Origin: Holosporales bacterium
GTDB lineage: Bacteria; Pseudomonadota; Alphaproteobacteria; BNTO01
DNA: 46,792 nt
Assembly: GCA_031270515.1 (NCBI GenBank)
Contig: JAISXM010000017.1
Location: 1-46,792 of the forward strand
Direction: 5' to 3'
The stretch's first letter is position 1. Each line of letters begins with the position of its first letter. The position numbers and the translations under genes are program-made. The notes beneath the pieces are model-generated. The model saw only the letters and a list, made by a program, of their open reading frames with translations. It made no database searches and was not told where the DNA came from. Positions 1-9,500 of this stretch are shown here, piece by piece.

Positions 1-560
1 CAGATCTCCGGCCTGTTTACGGGTATAGGCATCCTGGAGCTCGCGTCCACGCAGCCTCTGACCATGAACACGCCCGCAGGCTCAGACGCACAGACGCTGA
101 GCATTAAATCCGGCAGCGCGATGTGGCTCGGCAAAGCTGGCACAGGCGCTCTGGCGACAGGCAGCGTAAGCGTGGCGGGCGTGCTGCACATTGGCGACGG
201 GACGCAGGCGACGGATAGAGGGACGCTGTCGGCTACTGGAAATATGACCGTGGGGAGCGGGGCCTCGGTTGTTATAGGGAACAACACTTTGGGGCGCGGC
301 TCCCTGCACGTTGGAGGCAAGTATACTAATAACGGGACCACGGTCGCAAATGCAATCCGCGATGATGGCGAGTTTTATATTGGTGGATTAACCGGTGACG
401 GGACGCTAACACTTAACAATATTGTAGATATGCTTATTCGTAATGCTGAGGCGGAGACGGACAGGTACATTGGCACCCTTGCTAGCGCGATTGGCACCTG
501 CATCACCAAGGATGGGCTGGGGACGCAGGTGTTCGCAGGCGACGCCGTGAATCACACGGG
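1..560 (+). repeat. Intragenic module A, copy 1 (direct repeat, 1152-bp offset to copy 2)
   Basis: Aligns codon-for-codon with 1153..1712. It includes an identical 26-mer, gcaaatgcaatccgcgatgatggcga, at 346-371 and 1498-1523, and aataacgggacc at 328-339 and 1480-1491. Confidence 0.85.
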
Positions 561-3500
561 GCGGACCCTTATTAAAGAAGGGGTCGTCATCTTAGAAACG
601 GCGTTTGGCAGCGGGGACGTTGTAAACGATACATCTTTGATCTTTGATAACGCGCTCAATACTGTCTACAACAGCACGTTTTCTGGTGGAGGAGCCGTAG
701 AGAAGCGTGGCAGCGCGACCGCACTATTAACACGCGCCAACAATGTTAGCGGGCCTACGACTGTGACAGAAGGGCGCTTGGCACTGAATGATGTGCTGGG
801 CACGGGCACTGTTTATGTCAATGCTGAAACCACATTAGAGCTGCGAAACGTAGCGAATGTTACATATGACAACGAGATCACGCTGGATGGTGTGCTCATG
901 AAGACAATGACGGGGGCAACCTCTGTTACGAACTTAATCACGCATAGCGGCGGCGACATAGACGTCTATGACGGCGTGTTGCGCGTTTTGGGGCACAGCG
1001 GGGATGCAGATTTTGCGCTGAACCACCTGAGTGTCGCATCCGATGGCACGTATGTGTTGCTGTGCGACCAGACCTGGAATAGCATAGACAGCACGGGCAG
1101 CATTAATGCATCTGGAAGCAAGCTGACGATTGTTGGAACATCTACGCCGTCGTTTATTTCCGGGATGCTGACCGGTATTGGCACGCTGGATCTGCTTTCG
1201 TTGCAGCCCCTGACCATCAACACACTGCAGGGCTCGGGGGTATATGAGCTGAACATCAACACCGGCACCTCAGTGTGGATTGGAAAAGGTGGCTCAGGCT
1301 CTCTGGATACAAACAGCGTAAATTTTTCTGGAGAGCTGCATATTGGCGACGGGGCGCTGGGTACGGACAAGGGGTGGCTCTATGTTGCGGAAGGCATGGA
1401 GGTGGAGCACGGGGCCACGCTTGTCATAGGGAACAATGCGCTAGGACGCGGAGCCCTCAGTGTTGCGGGGAAGTTTGCCAATAACGGGACCTCCATCGCA
1501 AATGCAATCCGCGATGATGGCGAATTTTATGTTGGTGGGTTGATTGGTGACGGAACGCTAACGCTTAATAACGTTGCCGACATACTTATTCACAATGCTG
1601 AGAATGAGACGGATACGTATATTGGAACAATAGTTGGGACAGGGTCAATTCTAAAAGAAGGACCTGGAATACAAGTACTGCGCACGCTAAATAGCTATAC
1701 TGGGGGCACAACTATTACGCATGGCATGCTGTGTGGCGAAATCGGCTTTAACGGAAATTTAAATATTGAGGCCGAGGGCACGTACCGACTGACGCTAACT
1801 CCGGACGAAGCTATGGATGACACAGACAGCTTAAATAAGACGCTGACGGGCTTGCTCAGCGGGTACGGAACGTTGGACTTGGCGAAAGGCTTTTTGGCAA
1901 TTGGGAACGCCACAGGGGCTCCAAGTGTAATGACGTTTAATGGCGAAATAAAGAATACAGATACGGATGAAAATAAAAATATTTTAAGAATAAATAGCGC
2001 ACAACTTGATGCTGGAACTCACGAAAACGTTAACCTTATTGGGACTATAACGTACAGCAACGTTGATGAATGGCACAGCATTGCTGGGAACTTTCCGTAT
2101 TGCAATCTCGTTCAAGACACTGGACAGCCGAAAACGTGCATCGACTTGACTCCTCACGGCTCCAGCTTTAAAACGCTGCGCAGTGCTGGCGCGATTTACC
2201 TGAGGGGCACTCACGCACTAATCATCACAAAAGGGTTTGAGTACAACGACTTTCGCAGCGTCGTATTAGCAGGCAATTGGACCGAGTACGGCACATTTGA
2301 TGGCGCAATTGTAAAGCAAGGCAATGGACGCCAGATTATTCGATTTAGCAATAAACCTAAGGATGCCCAGACTCATACCGGGCAAACGCGAGTCGAAGGA
2401 GGTACGCTGTCGGGCGTGCTGTCGCCGAATGCTCCGCTGTTTGTTGCGGCGGATGCGCTGTATCAGATTTGCTGCTATAACGGCGCGACTAATGTCACAG
2501 GCATTACGGCCCAGACGGTTGCAGGGCTGTCTGGCGAGGGCATTGTTGAGCTTGGGGACTTTGCTAACGCTAAGGACGGTTTATTAACTTTCGCATTTCC
2601 CGCAGAGACAGATGCCGCCCATAGCCGATTTGCTGGGCAGATCAAAGGGAAGACAACGCTTACGAAAACTGGAACCGGCACCCAAATTGTTTCAGCTCAG
2701 CAGGATGATTTTCATGGGTCGATTAATGTAAAAGAGGGGGAGCTCCACTTTGGAGGATTTACGTCGACAAATGGAAAGATAGTGCTCAGCGGCTCTGCTA
2801 TTTACAAGATGCTTGGTCATCAATATATAACTGCTGTTAGCTCATTATCTGCGTCAACAATATATAATTTAAATGGAAAAACATTGACCTTGTATGGAAC
2901 AAGTTCTCATGAATATTACCTTGGAAAGTTTACAGGTGGCGGAAAAATATTCATTGATTCAAAAATCCCGATTTCTGCTCATATATTCAATATAGTAGAA
3001 GACTCCTCAATTACTACACTTGAACTGAACGCGGGGTTAGTTGCTCTTGGGTTTGGAAACGATACTAGCGCATATTTGAATACCACTAATACTATTGTTA
3101 AAAGTGGGACCTTTTATGTTGGATACGATGCAAGTGGGACGCTAACCGCGAGCACCACCACTATTTCTGGCGGCACGGTCACCGTTGGCGGAGGCGCGGT
3201 CGGCTCAACGTGCTCTGGACATGGGAGCTTTACAGCCGGAAAAGTAACGATGACCGGTGGCGTTCTGAACATCGGGACAAAAGATCGCGAGGATAATACG
3301 GGAGTCGTTGCGGCGACGAGCTTTGCCCAAAGTGCAGGGCTCACCATCACGATTGGCGCTGGGGCAGGGCAGGGGGCTTTTATCGTGAGCGGCGTACTGA
3401 CATGCAGTGGAACCATTATTGCGAATAGTTTGAGCGCGGGCGAAGCTTTTTACGCTGGCTCGCTGCAGGGTGCTGGGACGGTTTACCTAAATAACGCATC

Positions 3501-6500
3501 CACACTTGTGTTGCGAGGTGCTCAATGGAGCGGCTCAATTATCGACAATACGAAGACTGCAACGGTGTTGATCCGCGACTTTGGCGAAGGGAAACAGCGG
3601 TTCGATTTAAAAGCAGGGTCGAAGTTTGGCTCTCTGCAGATTAAAGGCGGAGCAAGCGTCGTGTGCGGCTGGACTGGTGGCACGTGCGACCTCCAGTGCG
3701 TAGATATCGCTGTCGCGGCTGATGGGAGCTTGGTCATTGGGGATGCTGGGACAGGCTATATCGTATGCGACTCCATTACCAGCAGCGGCGCTTTTGACAT
3801 AGGGAGCAACAACGGCACATCAGAAGTCCTTTGTAACGGGAATATTAATGTGAATGGCGGACATTTTGGTGTTGGTACCAGTTTCTATGGAGGAAGCAAC
3901 GATCATCCTGGTGTTGGGAAACTAACATGTCAGGTGTTGAACTTAAACGCCGGCATTTTAAACATGGCAAGCGCTGGCTATGGAACGTCGTCGATTGTGT
4001 CCGTGAGCGAGTTCAACATTGCGGTAGGCGCGTCCGCATACCTTGGGCCAGCCGAGCGCAGTGGCGTAACCGCTAGCTTGGTTGTAGCAAACACTATGAC
4101 GTGCGATGGAGCGATGGAGGCTCGCGCATCTAAGTTTGAGATAAAAGGGCTAGCTGGGGCTGCAACTGGTGCAATTACTGTACACACAGGATCAAATCTA
4201 ACGATTACTCACGGGAGCGGCTGTGTGTATCACGGAACAATTTTAGGTGCCGGAAGCATCATCAAAGCGGGGGCTGGTTCGCAAATCTTTACGAACCCAT
4301 CAAGCTATGTTGGTGGGACATTTATCAATGGCGGCATGCTGTGCGGAGAGATCGGCTTTGGCGGGGAGCTTGCAATTGCGGAGAATACCACGTATCGGCT
4401 GGCAAGGAACGTGGACGGCAGCACGGACAGCACAGACAGCCTCCATGGCGATACGTTGCTGGGGGCGCTGAGCGGCTACGGAACAATGGATCTGGCTCAA
4501 GGTGACTTGGCGCTTGGGGCGACATCAGGAAGCAGCATGTCGATGACGTTTAATGGCGACATAAAGAATACGTACACGCAAAGTAATGTCGAATCAATGA
4601 TCTTGCAAATAAATAATGTGCACTTTTATGCTGGAGAGAATAATCACACAGAACTTATTGGCACAATCAAATATGGGGATAGTTCGCAGCTTAAAAGTAT
4701 TTCAGGATATTTCCCTAATTGTCATTTGTTATCCGACAGTCCTTCAGGATATTCGTGCATAAACCTAAGTGATCATGACTCAACGTTTGCTGCACTGTGG
4801 GGAGACGCTGTGCATTTGAAAGGAAGTAATACGTTAACTATCACCAAAGGGCTGGATTATGATGACTTCCGTGCCATGACGTTGTCTTGTAATTGGGCCG
4901 ACTACGGATCGTTTACGGGGGCGATTGTAAAGCAAGGGAGCGGCCGCCAAATCTTTCGCCAGCGGACTGCGCCTGAATGGCTCGATCATGATGCGCCAAT
5001 TCACACAGGCGAAACCCGCATTGAAGGCGGAACGCTGGTTGGCGTGGTGTCGCCGAATGCGCCGCTGTATGTGGCAAACGGGACGACGTATCAGGTCAGT
5101 TGTTACGATGGCGATGACAACATGTCGCAAACCACAGCGCAAACAGCAAAAGGCTTGCGTGGAAGCGGCTTTGTTAAGCTGGCGGACGTAGGGCGGCCAA
5201 TTGACGTGTTTACGATAGACGTGGATTCAGGCATAGAGGAGCAGTTTAGTGGGGAAGTTTCGGGGAATGGAACTCTGCAAAAAATTGGATTGGGGAACCA
5301 AGTTATATCGGGGGCGTTGTTCAACCCAGTCGTCGAAGTTCTAGAGGGTGAGCTCACGCTGATCTCTATCATACAAGGGCCCAATACGGTCGACATCGCG
5401 CACAACGCGACATTGCGTGTCACTGGCGGCTTGCGCAATGCGACGGTCAATATGGAGCCAGACGCTTCGTGCTTTGAGATCGGGACTCAAAACGTCGCAA
5501 TTAACTTAAATGGAGGTGGCGTAGTTAAGACAATCACCCCAAGTCGCATGCTTTGTAATATGCAGGCAGCGCTGGGGGCGGAAATCCAAACAAATCATGA
5601 ACTGCGAATCGATGGGACGTTACGTGAAACGAATGTGATTAACAAAACTGGGGATGATGTACTTGTACTAGGCGAAATGTGTGCGCGCAAGTCTAGCTCT
5701 ATTAGTGTCAAGGAAGGGGTATTGTGCATATCAAATAAAGCGGACATGGGAGACAGTACATACCTAGATATACTGTCGCCTGCATCCGTTGATATGTATT
5801 CGACTCAAACGTTTGCCTCTCTATCAGGAGACGGCACAATTCGCCTGCATAAACAAAACATCTACACGTTGCTTGATATAATATATTCAGGGCACATCAT
5901 TGGCGAAACAACCAGTAACGTGATCGGCGCGAGTGGGAATGCGACGTTCTCAAATGAGGCGCTGTCCGAATTCTTTGGATATCTGGAGGCAAAAGACTCC
6001 GGCAATGTCGTAATTGACGGCGTAGTTGATCCGCGGTTGAAACTGCGTATTTTGGACAATTCACAAATAAAAGTGATCGGACCACGGACGTTTGAGGGGT
6101 TAAAGGGGAGCGGACTCTTAATCGGAGACGGAAATACGCTGACGATTCATTCTGACAACAGACAGATCTTTACGGGAGACTTTGCGGCGACTGGCGTGGA
6201 ACTTTCTGGCGATCAGACATTCCTCTGGGGTGGAGGCATCAAGCATCACACCCAGGGCATTGTACTGAAGGATAAGGCTCAGTTGATTATTGACCGGGGG
6301 GTCGTGTTACATAGCCACGAGCGCATCCACTTGCAGGATGAGACGTCCAGCGTGTGGTTCGAAAGCGCGCAAACGATTGCAGGCATTACAGGAAACGGTG
6401 TTTTGTATGCATCAAATGTAGATATGGTGCTTTATGAAGACGTGGTGTTTGCTGGGGACATTGTGGGCGATGGCGTGATTACGTTGACGGCAAGTGAGCC

Positions 6501-9500
6501 TGTTACGTTTACTCTTTCTGGCGATAGGAAGCGGTCGTTTAAGGGGACGTTTTTGACAGATAGCAATGTTACGTTGGTGTATAACCAAGAGATATTTGAT
6601 CCAACGGTAATTATACATGGACAAAAGCAAAGCTTAACTGGAAATAGAGCACTGCATAATGAGCATTTGTCCGAAAACTTAGAGCTGAACGGCTACACCG
6701 TACAAGTCACAAGCACAGAAGACATCTTAAACAGCGCATGGATCAAGGGCCCAGGCACTGTGAACATTGATTGCGCAGGCACGTTTACGATCAACAGGGG
6801 GATACAATCTGGCTCCAATGGGGTCGTGTTTAATGTCGAGCGCGGCACTGTCATCGCAGCGGCGGAATCGCGCCTAAAAGGGGCCACGGTAAATCTGGTG
6901 GGAAGTGGAACAACGCTTGAGATTCAGGGGGATCTGGTCGCTGATGGCGCGGATGTGCTGATTAATGCGGATACGGGAATACTGCGCTTCACTGGGCCGG
7001 AAGAGATCGATACGGTTGCCGATATTGCAATGAACAAGCCGGTGCGCATTCAAACCATGACAAACGTTGTGTTTAGTGGCGATATCACTGGCGCGGCTGA
7101 CGTCTCTAAAGAGGGGCCGGCCACGTTAACCATCAACGGCACAGATGCATTGGCACACACGTGGGTCGTGAAAGAAGGGCGCTTGGATGGGGATGCATTC
7201 GCGGATGGCAGCCGGTTTGAGCTGTTGGATGGAACAACGCTGGCGCCGTCTTCGTTGCTGGTTGACGCAGTAAATAGTGATAGCGCGACGGCTCGCTTCA
7301 TTACTCACGAAGGATTAACACTTACTGGTCAGAGCGCATACTCCGGAATATTTGACAACGACGGCGGGTTCACTTTGACCGGGGAGCTGAGCATTAATGG
7401 TCCATCGCGCGATTGCGGAGGATTTGTGCTAAATGAGGGGAAGTTGAACGCAAATACAGACATACTGTGTGCGTTGAGCGGCAATGGATACGTAGCTAGC
7501 GACCATAACATTACTTTAACTGGGGCGGGCAATAGTTGGACTGGCATCTGGCAAGGGCGCGGAGATATCGTAGTTAACGGCGAATCGCAAGCTTTGGATG
7601 GGAAGTTTAGATCTCACACCGGAAAGTACTACATAAACACTGTGTCGAATCGGTTAGGACCAAATGCCGAGCTGGGGGATGGCTACATTTTCATCAGCAG
7701 CGCCGGAGAGCTGTTGGCGTCTTGCTCTGAGAACATTAACAGCCCCGTCGTCGTGAATGGTGGTGCGTTTGGCGCGTTTGCGACTATGACGCTTGGGTAT
7801 CGGATCATCGTAAACGAGAGCGCTCGCATTGTCGTGCAAGACGAGAGCGTGCTGACGTTGGCCCAGCGCCTGGAGGGGCAATCTATTGTGACGAAAGAAG
7901 GGCTTGGCGTGCTGAGGCTTTTGGCGGAGTACAGTGACCCAATTGACTTGCGGATCAATAGCGGCGCCGTCGAAGTGCATGGCACGCTGCACGCGTTGAC
8001 GCAGATTGATGTTGCGGACACGTTGCACATAATGAGCCCTCAGAAGATCGAGTTCCTGAGTGGTGGTGGACTTGTGGATATACAGAGTGACCTGGCGCTG
8101 GAGAGCTCGCGTGAGACCGTGTTTGACGGGCAGCTAACAGGCACAGGGCGGTTGGTTTTACATGACAACATGCAAGTGTCGCTCTCTCGGAGCGATTGGA
8201 ATAACGGCTTCGTTGGGCAGATCTATACGCACCAAGGTTCGATATTGCACATTCATGGGAATCAGACGCTCAGTCAAATCGAAGGCTTCGGTACGTTTGA
8301 ATTTGGGGGCGCCGATTTGAGTGTCGTCATGAATGCATCGCAAACGTTTTATGGCGTGCTGGAAAATGTTGGCGCAATGACGTTTGAAGGTGCGTATACG
8401 TTCAACATGAGGCATGCCATTGCGTGCAGTAGTCTTAGCGTCGCGGAGGGAAGCACGTTTGTTGCAGAGCGTGAGATCGAGTTCAACGAATTAGTTGCGG
8501 ACGGCGAAGTGGAATTCCGACAGCTTGCCCAGGGCGCGCGCATCAGCGGGGGCGGCATCATTCGCGCGATCGAGGATTTTATTCTGAATGCGTCCGAAGA
8601 CTGCGTTTTTGACGGAGGCATTATTGGTGCAAGGAATATAAATATTGATGGCGCGAATGTGACGTTTAACAATGTCGAGTTGTTTACTGGCACATTTAAC
8701 ATCGGCAGCGTAGACATCACGTTTGGGGAGAATGCAAAGTTAAACAAGAACCTTGTTTTAAATTTAAGCGCCGGTGCAACGGTTACCTTGAATGCGGATG
8801 AAACCATATCTGACATCATCGGCCACGGAACCGTAATCTCTAGCGCCTCCATGACCCTGCTGCAGTTGACCGATTGTTTGCACAAGTTTGAAGGGCTAGT
8901 CGCGTGTAGCGAGCTTATCGTGGATTCCAATAGCCCCTGGTATTGGCAATACAGCGGAGATCCTAACTTTGAAGGGACGCTGGGTGCCACCGCAAAATCG
9001 CACGTGGTCTTAGACGTGGGGAGTCTGGCGCACTCGACGTTGGCGTGCGATGGGTTGCTGGAGGTCATGCAAAACGACATAGCCGTTGGCTCATTAACAG
9101 GCAGCGGGCACTTTAAATATTTGAATCGATGCATATTTGAGGCGGATTCTGATTTTGCCGGCATCATCGAAGGCTCAGGGCCGCTGGAAGTGCGCAGCGG
9201 GTGCTTTACTTGGAGCGGGCCAAGTAAGTCGCCAACTGGTTTAGTGATTGTATCGACATTTGAGGCAAATGCTTGCTTAGATCAAAATGAACACATCGTG
9301 TTCAATGCCGGCAGTGTGCTGCTGTTGGGTGTGGATCACGTGTTTTCATCCTTGGAAGGGAGCGACGGAATCATTGACGCGAGGCAAAACGGGGTCGCCA
9401 TAAACGGTTCTATGGCGTTCCTAGGTACAGTGCAAAATGCGGGTTATTTAAATATGCGTGGGGAAATATATGTCCAAGCGCTAGAAGGGTGCGGAAATAT

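Noticed and set aside
8349-9167. 272-aa antisense ORF inside the PATR giant (also 9591..10109 and 10335..10889 on the minus strand)
   Set aside because: These ORFs are fully embedded antisense to a much longer, repeat-structured ORF. Their composition is S/P/A/M-rich and low-complexity, typical of shadow frames. They have no independent start context.
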